This document shows positions 12,739 through 25,033 of a DNA stretch of 42,587 bases, piece by piece. The position numbers and the translations under genes were made by a program. Numbering within the stretch: the stretch's first letter is position 1; every line of letters begins with the position of its first letter. The DNA is from Nemertoderma westbladi (taxonomy: Eukaryota; Animalia; Xenacoelomorpha), in contig JAUCBJ010006699.1 in the NCBI GenBank assembly GCA_032718475.1, forward strand, positions 1 through 42,587, in the 5' to 3' direction. The notes under the pieces were generated by a model. The model ran no database searches. It worked only from the letters and a program-made list of their open reading frames with translations, and had not been told where the DNA came from.

Positions 12739-13753
12739 TCCAACCAAAACAAAGCGAGAGAATAGACTCCAACATCAGATTAAACATACTCGTACGTATT
12801 CATTGCTAGGAAGATAAGGGGGGGGGGGGGGGGGTTAAAAAGTATATTATTATAGTGTATATTATATGGTGTATATATTTAATCAATACAATATTCAATT
12901 ATGTTACGATGGGTGAATTCCATTGCATTAAGGTATATTTACTAAATTATGATAAAGATAATTATAACAACATAAAACTATTGCTACAAAATAAATTAAC
13001 ATATTTACGATGGAAACTCTATATAATCTGTTGTAAAAAATATGGACCATAATATTCAGTTTGCAGCATATAAGTGAATATAATATTTTACGAGTTAGCG
13101 GCTAGTGAATCTATGTATCAGATATACTAGTTGGGTATGGGATGGGTCCACCGTGTTAAAGGAAGCAGCATAGTATACCTAAAAGTTAACTTAATTATAA
13201 AACATACTGTTAATAACGGAACACACGGGTTAGTAGTTATAATATTGTTGAGTTGCCCGGGCCTATAAAGGTTCGGGTGGAATAAAAACAATCAGCACAA
13301 ACATGGTGATGATGGCCCTTTATGTGGGGCCGATACAATAAGTAAATCGATGTTCAACAGAGAGAGACCCGAATGGCACTGGATACTTTGTGTTTATCGT
13401 ATTCAACAATAAGTTAAATATAAAATAATATTTATTTTACGAAAAGTTTACGAATTGGCCTATAATTTTAAAATTTTGAATAGAGTTTCTAGAATTCTTT
13501 AGAGAATTGGAACTCTAGGTGATATGAGGTTGATAATTGGCACTTTTTCCGTCATAAATGGCACTAGAATTATGATAATCATCATTACAGTAATTATAAT
13601 TATTTATATAATTATGATACTATAGTTATGAGAATTATCACTATAGCAATGATAATTATCGATTTAATATATATGTGTGAATTATCACTACATTTATGAT
13701 AATTATTTATATAATTACGATAATGTTAATTATGAGAATTATCATCGTAGCTA

Positions 13754-13925
13754 GGGCGGGGTAGTTCAGTTGGTTGAGCGCCGAAACAACAATCTATTAG
13801 TTGTAGGTTCGATCCTCGCCAAGGTCCCTTTCTTCGCAGGGGGTCGATAAAATGTAGCAGCTGCTACCGAAAGAGGAGCCTTCGGGTCGCCCCCGCCCTC
13901 GGCCGTCTGTCTACTTGCTTGATTA
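13754..13925 (+). mobile_element. tRNA-derived SINE
   Basis: Pol III A box TAGTTCAGTTGG (13762-13773) and B box GGTTCGATCCT (13806-13816), no complete cloverleaf, then GGGGTCGATAAA and GGAGCCTTCGGGTCGCCC resembling invertebrate SINE bodies. Confidence 0.75.
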
Positions 13926-14559
13926 CTATATTTACTTAATAATCGCCTAGATTGGATTGTTACACAAAGATTTACAGGAGGTCCTTTAGTTAATGAATTA
14001 ATGAATAGCGTGAGAAAATAAAAAACAAACTAAAATATGTTGCCAAGTAATTTCCTGTCACGGTAAGTTATATAGAAGGGTTGCGTTAGTGATTTGTTTA
14101 TGTATAAATAGACACAATTAGTTCATGAAAAATTAAATTATCTGCTATAAATATGCAGGATAATTTGGGTAACATTTAGTAAGCTATTATTGGTGTGAAG
14201 TGCACTGTTTTTAGCGCCATATGGCGGGGTTCTTTCGGCTGATGTCAAATTTTGGTGCTAGCATCAAATTTGGAAAACCAATCAATTTTGAAAATTGATT
14301 GATTATGTAATATCTATTAGGGAGGGGGGTGGGGGTCGATACGACTACCACCTCATCCCCCTTCCACCTGATATTTTAACAACATTTTATTCCGCGGAAT
14401 TTAATAGGTTTAATACGAATCTATATCTACCCATTTGCGCAAAACTAAAAAAAGGGGTTAATAAATAAATTCGTAAACTTTTGTTCTAATAAACTATAAA
14501 GAACCAAAATTAATAAACAATTGATTATGTAACCCAAAACAGGTTACAGTTAATTTACC

Positions 14560-15170
14560 ATGCATAGATTCGAACAAAATCCTCAAGTATTGCCAGTTAC
14601 CATTAACCTACATGCCATGCATGTGATGGGGACATTAATAAAAGTAAACAGCAGTGAAATAGCCTAAATAATCCATCATCAACAAAATAAACAAATTATG
14701 CCAATCAAATAACAACAAAATAATTATTATATAATAAGTAAAATCTTTGAGAAAAGAAATCAAAAAAACATTTAATAATATAAAACCATAGCACAGTTAA
14801 AATCCAACACAACTCCATCGGATGTACTCAAGTTACACAACCAACTACAAAAGATTCAATATAAACACCATACCAAAACCAATAATTCACAAAAAATATT
14901 ATTGTAATGCATAAATTAATATTAACAAATGAAATCAAACAAAAAAACTCACTTAAAAACAATATAAAGTCAATACAAACGGGTTTGTCTCCAAAACGAA
15001 AAATATATATACACGTTTAACGTATAGAATTCTTGGTGTAACTGAATATTGTCAATCAAATCAATAATTTCCCTACCAGATGATAATATATATAGCGTTG
15101 CACGATATTATTGAATTAAAGGTTATTGAATGAATACATATATCAACCAAACATTAAGCTTAGAAAGATA
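14560..15170 (+). pseudogene. Possible highly decayed N-terminal region of a Penelope-like ORF
   Basis: A-rich broken frames KSLRKEIK...KTIAQLKSNTTPSDVLKLHNQLQKIQ...KLT*KQYKVNTNGF loosely follow the PLE N-terminal pattern. Weak. Confidence 0.2.
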
Positions 15171-15733
15171 TTATCATGGAAATATTTTCCTCCCCAACTG
15201 CTTTATGTAAAAATTTTGCTCCATTTTCTACACTAAATTTAATTGAATAAAATCCACTGTAAAGTTCCATGATTCCAATGATTTACACTAAATAATTAAA
15301 TTAAATGTTAAAATTGCTTTTGTGATTAAATAATGTTATAATGTGATTTTCCTATCTCGTATTACATAAATTATAAAATGCAACAGCAATGTACGGAATA
15401 GTTTATATTGGACGAGCTAACTCTCTGTGCAGTTAATGGAAAATTAGAATTACAGAATTCCCAACCGTGTTGTTCTAACTTCTAATATATCGTGGTGACC
15501 AGGGCATATACAGCCAGAACAAGAAAACTTTACACCAAAATCACACAAGCAGCATCATATGTTAGAAAAATCCCTGAGGCAAAACAACCCTAATCGTTTT
15601 CAGTACAAGTAAAGATTAATGTTATATTAATGTAATATTGTTCTGCCTCAGAAAAATAACCAAATAAACAGATTTTTCCATTAGAAATTACATTTTGAAA
15701 GCCAACCCCTAAACGCAGGGCCTATAGACTGTC

Positions 15734-16270
15734 TAGTGTTTAAACGGGATCGGGATTATTACTCTCGGGATCCCATTTTTCGGGATCGGAATTATTACTC
15801 TCGGGATCCCATTTTTCGGGATCGGGATTATTACTCTCGGGATCCCATTTTTCGGGATCGGGATTATTACTCTCGGGATCCCATTTTTCGGGATCGGGAC
15901 CGGGATTATCACTCTCGGGATCCTGTTTTCGGGATCGGGATTGCAATTTTGGATTAAATTTCTCAAAGTTAATAGTATAAGTGGCGGGTTTTGGGTATCA
16001 CTCACTTTATCTTACACTTCAGAAATATTATTAAGATAAAGTTTTATTAAAATTATTTTGCATTTGATTACATTACTCGATGGTTTACTGACATAAAAAT
16101 TCGATATAATTAAAACATTTCCGTTCTGCTGGAACTTTTTATCAGATATTTATAACAAATTTACTAAACTATATATTCTTCGGGATCGCGGTCCAAAAAA
16201 ACCAGGACCGGGATTGCCTTTCTCTCCAGGATCCCGGTTTTTGCGGGATCGGGATCCCGATTAAAGACTA
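15734..16270. mobile_element. MITE with 18-bp imperfect TIRs and an internal 36-bp tandem repeat (~5.5 copies, 15745-15941)
   Basis: TAGTGTTTAAACGGGATC versus GATCCCGATTAAAGACTA (16/18 inverted match). CGGGATC motifs at both ends. No TSD recognised. Confidence 0.75.
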
Positions 16271-17002
16271 ATCCACACTGAGATAAATATATAAGCTTTT
16301 TGGTGTTTATTGTTTTGGCTCTATATGGGTCGCGCAACGTTCAGAATGAGTGCAACAATAGGTGGAATTATAACTGCACTAGTCAGTGCAATAATTAGGG
16401 ATCGAGCTTAGTGAACACCAGTAAACGGCCTGACCTGGAAAAAATATCCAAAATGTATGTAAAACTATATATTAATAGTAATTTAGGGTAAATTATATGA
16501 AAGAATGGCTGATTTTTATGAAAAATTGTATGGCTTTTAAATAATGAAGGTAAAAAAATGACAGACTAAATGAAAAATGAAAGTTGGTGACAGAAAAAAA
16601 ATGTCAGCCCCTAAATATTATGTAAGATGGCGCTGGGAGGAATTCATGGAAATAAATGGTGAATTATTATTGAATCCAGAGAAATTGGTACCGGTAATTT
16701 TCTTGAGCGATTCAGCGCATGGGAGGTGCAGTGTAAATTTAGTTATAAACTGTAAGACTGACTGACTATATATCATTATTAAATCGGCGAACCAAAAATT
16801 ATAATGAGTACCGGTTATGTTATAAAAAAATAATAAAAAATGAAACGGAATCTATAAAAAAGCAATTATCCTGTTAGTAAATCGGGAATTCGGTTCTGAA
16901 TAAACTTTAAAAGTAAATAAGTAATGCTCGATCCCTAAGGAGTTAAAAAACTAAAACTACCGGTGCTAAAAATATTCTCTAAACGACAGATAAGCGACCA
17001 GT

Positions 17003-19537
17003 TTACTGCGCAGACAGAGAAACAATCTCGTCGCAGACAGACAATCTGCCCCCGGTGTGGACCCCGAATCGGGATGCCTGCATCCGACACGGGTCGTGTG
17101 TCTGCAGGTAGTGATCCAGAGTGTCCCAACCACCCCCGACTCGTACCATAACGTACTTATTGTTGAGCACGCGAATAAACACGATTTTCTCGCCGATCTT
17201 ATACCTCGCCGAACTGAGTTTAGTGACGCGATACGAAAGATGGCAGTTACACTGTTTGACGACTCTATGCAGATGTTCGTCTAAGTCCATACCTTCGTGA
17301 TAGTCGTAGTAACCAACGTCCGATAAACTAGTATCATTCGAATTGACCGAAGTCCCTAAACTGGCCAGTTCGTCCTCAATAACATCGTTAGCTAACCCAT
17401 CCAACTCCCTTTCGAGTTTAACCAACCCGGGAGCTTCGATACCAAACTCAACAGCAATCTTAGCTATTTCGTACAAACACACTAACACATTCTTTGGATA
17501 CTTCTGTAAGACCAAACAGTTGGTCTCAAACAGACACTCATCCCTGATCCCGTAAGCTCTACACCACTCGATGAAGCAACTCACGTTATCCCTAGCGAGG
17601 AACGACCCAGCCTCAGCGTGGGACCAACATTTTATCTTAACCCTCGGTATCTCGCGGATAACAACACCTTTTTTTGATAAAATAACCGCGGTTTCTTGGA
17701 AGAGTTTAACTAAATGACATAAAGTCACTCCGTTAGAAATACTGTCTATAAGATTGTCGCCTCTGATGCAAAGGGAATCTGGGATACTCAATGTATTATT
17801 GATCCATTCGGCTAAATCTTCCTTTAGAGGGATCAGCTCTCGCTCGGATTGCTCGCGTATATTCTGGGTCATACATTCCGATTCATCCTGCTGGTAGCCG
17901 TCAGCCACTGACCTCATCCCGGGGGCATCCCCACTCCCGTTACCGCGACTACCACCATCCACGACAGAGTCGCAACTCTTCCTACGGAGACTCGGGTCGA
18001 CTTTATTCGCTGACATTAAAACCCCGCCACTAATACCAGCGGACTTACCTTCAACCTGTTCCGATAATCGCCTTCTCTGTTGTAATTTCTTGAGTAACAC
18101 GGGATCAGCATTGCCAAAGTTATTACGAACAGGAAGAGTTACAGTGGAAGAGAAACTAGAAACTTCCGGGAAGCATTCAGCTAATGAAACCGTTGCGGAA
18201 TTATCGTACCGACTTGCCATTGATTGCGGTGAAGCAGAAGAAGTTAAACTTGATACACCACTTGTTGATTCTGTTGAACCAGACAATGTGTTTAACCCAT
18301 CTTTCATGTCTTCGGCCAGACCCGAGAAACCATTGTTTTGGGGTTGTTTCGATTGCTTCGAATTGGATTTTGGTTGAGCACCAGTGTTATTTGGAATACG
18401 TGGTTGTTGTTTGGTGGGTAAGTTATCAGGGATACGGGAATGTGTACCATTAGGTGTGGAAGCTCTTCTACTCACACCAGCACCAGTACCGGTACCACTG
18501 GGTGTAGAAGCTCTTCTACTCACACCAGCACCAGTAACGGTACCACTGGGTGTAGAGGCTCTTCTACTAACACCAGCACCAGTACCGGTACCACTGGGTG
18601 TAGAGGCTCTTCTACTTGCACCAGAATAGTTACCAGTGGATGCAGAAACACCCCCACCAACGGAACGGGTAGTTGCACCACTAGGTGTAGAACCCCTTCT
18701 ACCACCAGTGGTACAAGTAGGTTTTGCGGAAATCCTTCCTGTATTACTGGCATTAGGGACGGACATTAAAGGAGTTCTGTAATCGTAAGAAAAGGAAAGT
18801 GATCGCTTAGTAACAGAACGGGGAGGTTTGGCCTTATTATCTGCAATAGTTTGACTTGAGTCATTTGAGTGGTTGTTAATCGTTGATGCAGGTTTACCAG
18901 AGGGCGTATAAAGCCTATTTATCCGTCGATAAGAAGGGCCCTTGCTGGTTGCGGGGCAACTTGTTGGTTGAGTTTGAATGTTTGGGTTATGTACATCGCA
19001 AGCTGATTGCGAACGCTTACTCGGTACACTGTAACTGCTTCTTCGCGTGAGTTGTTGCTTGTGATTTTGAGTTGTATCTCTCGCGTGTTGAGCGCATTGT
19101 GTACGTGTTGGGACGGTAACAGTAATACTTTGAGCTTCATAGGGGTGGTTCAGAAATGGCGACTTATATGAAGAAACTGATTTGGATCGTTTAACAGGAT
19201 GACGACATGGTTTAGTATTATCTGATGGAGTGGGTTGATGTTGGAGGGTCGGTAGGTCGCCTGGATTAGCGACAGACTTCCTCCGTGAAAGAGCAACAGG
19301 AATCTTAGATCGGTTGTTGTTATATCCCCGACTAGCCGGTAATGATTGCGACGACACATTGCTGGCTAGAGAACACATTGAGTATTGAGATTCAGAGCGT
19401 GGTAGCCCTAAACATTCAGAATTATCGTCCTGTTCATTGACTCCAGACAGCCTTTTGGTATCACATTTATTACTCTCTGACGATAGTTCTAAATCATTGA
19501 TAATTGATTCAACAACTCTTAGTTCTGCTTCAGCCAT
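17003..19537 (-). CDS. GAS2-family actin-microtubule crosslinker (CH + GAR domains), 844 aa, single coding exon
   Basis: CH domain LKEDLAEWIN...NGVTLCHL...GSFLARDNVSCFIEWCR...LFETNCLV (~17450-17840) and GAR domain ...VMVRVGGGWDTLDHYLQTHDPCR (~17085-17285). The ORF track starts at TTG 19561; the first ATG is 19537 (gttATGG) with an in-frame stop at 19570-19568. Confidence 0.93.
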   Translation of the reverse strand: MAEAELRVVESIINDLELSSESNKCDTKRLSGVNEQDDNSECLGLPRSESQYSMCSLASNVSSQSLPASRGYNNNRSKIPVALSRRKSVANPGDLPTLQHQPTPSDNTKPCRHPVKRSKSVSSYKSPFLNHPYEAQSITVTVPTRTQCAQHARDTTQNHKQQLTRRSSYSVPSKRSQSACDVHNPNIQTQPTSCPATSKGPSYRRINRLYTPSGKPASTINNHSNDSSQTIADNKAKPPRSVTKRSLSFSYDYRTPLMSVPNASNTGRISAKPTCTTGGRRGSTPSGATTRSVGGGVSASTGNYSGASRRASTPSGTGTGAGVSRRASTPSGTVTGAGVSRRASTPSGTGTGAGVSRRASTPNGTHSRIPDNLPTKQQPRIPNNTGAQPKSNSKQSKQPQNNGFSGLAEDMKDGLNTLSGSTESTSGVSSLTSSASPQSMASRYDNSATVSLAECFPEVSSFSSTVTLPVRNNFGNADPVLLKKLQQRRRLSEQVEGKSAGISGGVLMSANKVDPSLRRKSCDSVVDGGSRGNGSGDAPGMRSVADGYQQDESECMTQNIREQSERELIPLKEDLAEWINNTLSIPDSLCIRGDNLIDSISNGVTLCHLVKLFQETAVILSKKGVVIREIPRVKIKCWSHAEAGSFLARDNVSCFIEWCRAYGIRDECLFETNCLVLQKYPKNVLVCLYEIAKIAVEFGIEAPGLVKLERELDGLANDVIEDELASLGTSVNSNDTSLSDVGYYDYHEGMDLDEHLHRVVKQCNCHLSYRVTKLSSARYKIGEKIVFIRVLNNKYVMVRVGGGWDTLDHYLQTHDPCRMQASRFGVHTGGRLSVCDEIVSLSAQ
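18445..18625 (-). repeat. Coding 48-bp tandem repeat encoding (RRASTPSGTGTGAGVS) x ~4
   Basis: Visible in both DNA and translation. Confidence 0.9.
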
Positions 19538-20684
19538 AACAGTACAACATTGAGTATACAAAGACCATCAACATAACCTAGACAAGATCTGAAGCTGGCG
19601 AGAATTCATTGCAATATAATATAAATAGGCTATATAGCTTGATAGCCTAACGCCAGAACGCTGTAGGGCCTGTGCTGTAATGATAGCATACAGCATATGA
19701 GAGTATAATGCTGAAATAGCATAAGTCAGTATATAAGTAGTAAAACTGTAAAACAATAAACTGAAATGAATAGAAATAAACCAACTGACACTACCCTAGC
19801 CAGATAATACTGTAATAGGCCTCCAAAAACCAGTATGGAGAAGTTCAAATTTCAACTGAGTTGAAATTTAAAACTTTTTTAAATTCAACTTTTAAAAGTT
19901 GTAACAGTGTAAATTCAACTAGAAAATGGCAGGAGGCCCAGCCAGTCTGCCAGTGGCCCCCGAAGACGTGAAGATTGTCACTTGTCAGATTGTCTTTAGA
20001 AATTTTGTTAAGGGCCTAACCCAAAATCAGAAAATATCAGAATATTGCAAAATGATGAATTACCCAGAAAAAATATAAAATGTTTCCTTTAGTAGGGTTC
20101 CCTATCCCTATCCCGATCGGGATATATAAATATATCCCGATCGGATATACCCTTATGAGGTAATATATCCCGATCGGGATATATCAATAACTGTCATTTA
20201 CTACTGTATATTCTACTCTACTACTGTACTATGTAAAACTACAGTACCGTTTTATTTGGAAAACTAGAATGTCAATAAATATATATTATTAGAATGTGAA
20301 GTGAAGTCTGCACCGCTAACCAACTAAATCCACCTAAAAAAAACGTGTAGAAAATGAAACCAGGATGACAATAGTAATACATTCTGGCATTCTAGAATGT
20401 TTATTTGAAAATTTAGATTTTGAAAAGTTAGAATGAAAATTTAGAATGTGGCATGTCTATTATTTTTTTTAAAAACTTTTAGTTAATTAACAATCATAGT
20501 AAATATTTACAAATAAACTCAGTCTCTTTACTGCTTCTAGATCATTATTTTTAGATATTTTAATTAAATCTTACATTGTATTGCACTTTTCATATATTTT
20601 ATTTTATTTATTTTATTTTATTTAATTAAATTTTTACTCTCATGCCGTATTTGATGAGCGCTAATTAATAGTATGAATTTTAAA

Positions 20685-20966
20685 TAGGACCCCCATGGAA
20701 ACGAGGTATAACCTCATGGGGCTATCCTAGGTGCACCATATTATTTTTCAATAGTGTTACTGTGTTAACAGGTTAACGTTATTTTTAATTTTGTTGTAAA
20801 TGTTGTCAGAATGCTGGAATGTTATGCAGGGCCGATCATTAAGTATGTCTATTTATGCTGTCAATTTTAATATGTTTCGTAATTTTAATATGCTTTGTGT
20901 TCGTTTTACAGTAGGCACTATTACTATAATTTGGCGTCCAATAAAAAACTTCAACTTCAACTTCAT
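20685..20966 (+). mobile_element. LINE (L2/CR1-group-like) 3' UTR remnant; inverted homologue at 23109-23154
   Basis: AGGACCCCCATGG...CCTCATGGGGCTATCCTA hairpin-like block, ending AATAAAAA(ACTTCA)3. The reverse-complement block occurs at 23109-23154. Confidence 0.5.
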
Positions 20967-21009
20967 TCGCCGATTCGTGCATGACACTGGATAATCTGTT
21001 ATGCCGGTA

Positions 21010-22005
21010 ATTGAACATGTTTAGAAGACTTCGTGCAGCACGTTTGATACTGAATCAATCCATTGAAACGTTTTAAGAGACCTTCGCGCAGTATGTGAGA
21101 TACTGAAACAATCAGTTGAAACGTTTAAGAGGCCTTCATGCAGCACGTTCGTGGGGTACCTGGGTACCTTAACAATCTGTTGAAATGTTTAAGATACCAT
21201 TGTGCAGCACATCTTGGATACTGAAACAATCTGGTGAAACGTTTAAGAGACCTTCATGCAGTTGCAGCACGTTGGATACTGAAACAATCTATTGCTGAAA
21301 CGTTTAAGAGACCTTCATCTGTTCATGCAGCATGTTGGATACTGAAACAATCTATTGAAACTTAAGAGACCTTCATGCAGCACGCTGGATACTGAAACAA
21401 TCTATTGAAACGTTTAAGATTCCATTGATACTTCGGATACTGAATCAATCTATTGAAACGTTTAAGATACCTTAATGCAGCACGTTGGATACTGAAACAA
21501 TCTGTTGAAACGTTTAAGAGACCTCTGTGCAGCACATTGGATACTGAAACAATCTATTGAAACGTTTAAGATACCTTCATGCAGCATGTGGGGTACTCTG
21601 TAACAATCTATTGAAACATTTAAGATACTACCTTTGCGCAGTATATGGGATACCGGGCTGCCGGGTACTGAAACAATTCGTTGAAATGTCTGAATGTGTA
21701 AGAGAGAACAATCTGGTGAAACGTTTAAGAGACCTTCCTTCATGCAGCTCATTAGATTTGGATACTGAAACAATGTATTGAAACGTAATAGACCTTCATG
21801 CAGCACGTTGGATACTGAAACAATATACTGAAACGTTTAAGAGACCTTTGGGCGCAGTATATGAGATACTGAAACAATCTGTTGAAATGTTTAAGAGACC
21901 TTCGTGCAGCACGTTTGATACTGAAACAATCTGTCAGTCTCTGTTGAAATGTTTAAGAGACCTTCGCGCTGTAGCCTATATGGGATACTGTAACAAACAG
22001 TTGAA
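21010..22005. repeat. Degenerate ~52-bp minisatellite, ~18 copies
   Basis: Consensus GCAGCACGTTGGATACTGAAACAATCTATTGAAACGTTTAAGAGACCTTCAT. Confidence 0.92.
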
Positions 22006-25000
22006 ATTTCATAGTAGGGCTACGTTGGCTGGTAGGCAGATACAGTATATACCGATACCGGTACTACCTACACCTGTACACACTAATTCACACACTAATT
22101 CTCTGTCTGCTGTCTTATCTACTGTACTTATCTGGCTGTACTTATCTATCTGCTGGTTGCGCCATTTGGGTCGCTTTTTTATAGTTTAGGTTGCTTTTTG
22201 GAAAAGTTGAATATATCCCGACCGGGATATGTAAATATCCCGATCGGGATATATTCATATATCCCGATCGGGATAGGGAACCCTACTACAGTACTAGGGG
22301 GGGGGGGGGGGGGGTGGCTGGGTGGTGGTTATGTGTGGGTTAAAATATATACGTATAAATTATTATATATGTGCAGCTTACAATTTGGTTACCGGTATCG
22401 TTTGTCGTTCATATGCGTACGGCGTACCTCTGGCTGTCTGGTAAAAGAAGCAGGTTACCAGGTCAGCAGGTTACAGTGGTGGTGTTTTCTAACCAAAACA
22501 ATAAACTAATCTCCATTACTTAATTAACGGAAAGGAGCAGGTTACAGTGGTGGGCTTTTCTAACCAAAACAATATCTCAGTATTTCATACTTAGGCCTAT
22601 AGTCTTATTTTTGCAATACGAAAATACCAGAGGTACGCATATGAACTATAACTCAGCCACCAGCTAGGCCTCGACAGCTCGAAGTTTTTATCGAATAAAA
22701 GAACTATCTTATCTTATCTTACAGTCTTATCTTATATATCAGTGTGTCAGTATATAGGACTATCATATATGTATCAGTACTGCTACTACAGTACTGCACT
22801 GCTGCAGTAGGCCCTATCTTACCGGTGAGCAGGGCAGCAGGCAGGCAGGTAGCGGTACAACTGCGGTACTAACTCTGTAACTGTATTATACTGTACAGTA
22901 GGCCTATTACATTACACTAGTCAGTCAGCCTTTAGTGTTTAGTAAGTATAGTCCTAGTCCTATTGATATTGATTTATTGAGATCATATACAGTATAACTA
23001 ATTCGACAAACGAATGGGTTATACCGGTAAATATATATCTAAAATATATTGATACGATAAATAAAATACTGTAGTTAAGTTCTGGTATAAAACGGCAAAT
23101 ATGTCTCGTAGGATAGCCCCATGAGGCATAGCCTCATCTCCCTGGGGGTCCTCTAAAAAATAATGGGGAAAAAATAAAAGATCTACTGCAAGTACGATAG
23201 CAGATTGCAACAGGTCTAGGGTTAATTTCATACACCATCAACTAAAAATAATCATTAAAAATAAATATTTGGAATTGCATGCTATGTCACAATTAATTGT
23301 AGCCAATGATTGGGTAATTACGTACAAGTAAAAGGTTGGCAAAATTAAAAATAAAGATAAGTAAAATAAATTAAAATTAGGTAAGTAAAGTGGGTTAAGT
23401 AAGTGGAAATTCTGATGGTGACGGATATTCACAAGGTGCTAGTCAAAAAGTGCTAGTAAAATTAAACAAATTTAAGTTTAAGTATAACATCGTTTTTTCC
23501 AGTGCAGAGTAGTTTTAAAATATTAAAAATAATGAATTTCCATGTATATTTCCGGGCAGATGATATAAAAAGGTTAAGTAGCAGGTATTATTAAAAAAAA
23601 ATAAAAAAAGCCGTATTACTAACATTATTAAAAAAAAAAAGATCACTAAAATTATTACCACGTGCGTAATAATGTAATACTTCCGGAATACTGGAATGCC
23701 AATACACATGAACTTGAACTACCAAACACAGTACAATCGCAGTGCATACAAAGCATACATAGTGATAGTATTGTACAGTTGTACTGTAGTATAGTAAGTA
23801 ACCAGCATACAGTAGTAACAAAAGAGTTGGCTACGCCTTGCCTATATTTTCTAGGTACAACCTACGCTTTATCCCTTACATCATTGGAAGGGAACAAATA
23901 ATGTATGTGATGTGACTGTATAAACTGTATAAGTATCTGACCAATCAACAAAACGAAAGCTCAATGGTAGATTTAGGTTAGCTGACAAACCCCATAGTTC
24001 ACTGCATACTAACACCAAGCCATTTTGGTGACTTATCCAATTACTGCAAGCTCAAAAAGTTCACATTACCGTATTAGGCCTACTAATTCATTACATCGAA
24101 TAATTATTTCATCGTTCAGAAAGACATTATTCAGACTCACTGTACTGTACATAACTTTAAACCCACTCCCGGAATACAGTAGAGACTCGCCTATGGACGA
24201 GCCGTAATTAATTCACCTATTTATTTATTGCTCATGCGGCTGCTGTCTTGCTTGGTTACTATTAATAAACTGAGTGTATAATTAACTATTGTTGCCTACA
24301 GTATTTAATAGCCTATATAATAATGAATAATAATCATACATTAACCTTCGCCACAGTGTACGTTGTAATACAGTAGTACACCACCACATTGAAACATTAT
24401 GTGGAAGACATCCTATGCCAAAGCAGAGCAGGTTTTGTACAATCAAGAGTACGCAGAGTTTATTTCCTATGAGAGTATGAGAAATCTGCATCCCTCAATA
24501 TTTCGACTCGTCAATCTGGGAAACTTATAGTAAATTAAACGCAATGCACCAGCAACATTTTTGCCATAAACTCCAAACATGGCCACGTATTACTCGAGTC
24601 TTATAAAGTCGTAAAACAGCAATTACCAACGGAGGGTCGCTAAAGTATTTACTTTAGGGGAACTCAAGCGCTTCCTAGCATTGCCCAAAGAAACACCTTA
24701 TTGGTTAGTACGAAAAGATGCCGTTGTTCTTGCGTTAGGTGGTGGATTAGTACGTTGCGTTGAGGTTCGTGAACTAGATATTGACAACGTTAGTTCCAGT
24801 GATGATGTTTTTATATTTTTTTCCCAAAACACAGCGAGGAGGAGAAACAAAACTCCTCTTTTATGGTTGGTAAGTCAATGGCTAACCATTTGCCTAACTA
24901 TTTAATAACTTTCGAAGATTCAGCGCCACTATTGCGGTTGACAATGATTGTTGACAATTGACTTATACTCAACCTGGAACGAAAACATATTACGACGGGA

Positions 25001-25033
25001 GAAGGTTCAACCATGACATTTAACTAGATACAC

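Larger units (their letters stand above)
20093..22285. mobile_element. Non-autonomous TIR element (hAT-like termini) with subterminal ATCCCGATCGGGAT palindromes
   Basis: TAGGGTTCCCTATCC at left and GGATAGGGAACCCTA at right, with about three palindromic units inside each end. No TSD found. Contains a LINE tail and a minisatellite. Confidence 0.75.

Noticed and set aside
13754-13825. Functional tRNA gene
   Set aside because: A and B boxes are present, but acceptor and anticodon stems pair poorly and a SINE-like body follows.
15733-16005. Repetitive ORFs on both strands
   Set aside because: Translations of the 36-bp repeat inside a MITE.
17057-18769. Short + strand ORFs overlapping the GAS2-like gene (likewise antisense ORFs over the BEL and zinc-knuckle ORFs)
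   Set aside because: Shadow frames of real coding sequence with no recognisable domains.
21010-22005. CRISPR-like array (repeats containing ATTGAAAC)
   Set aside because: Intervening sequences are homologous to each other rather than unique spacers, there are no cas genes, and the context is eukaryotic.
21010-22005. Tandem hammerhead ribozymes on - (CTGCATGAAGGTCTCTTAAACGTTTC)
   Set aside because: Both catalytic boxes deviate (CUGCA, UAAA) in the consensus and there is no consistent stem I.
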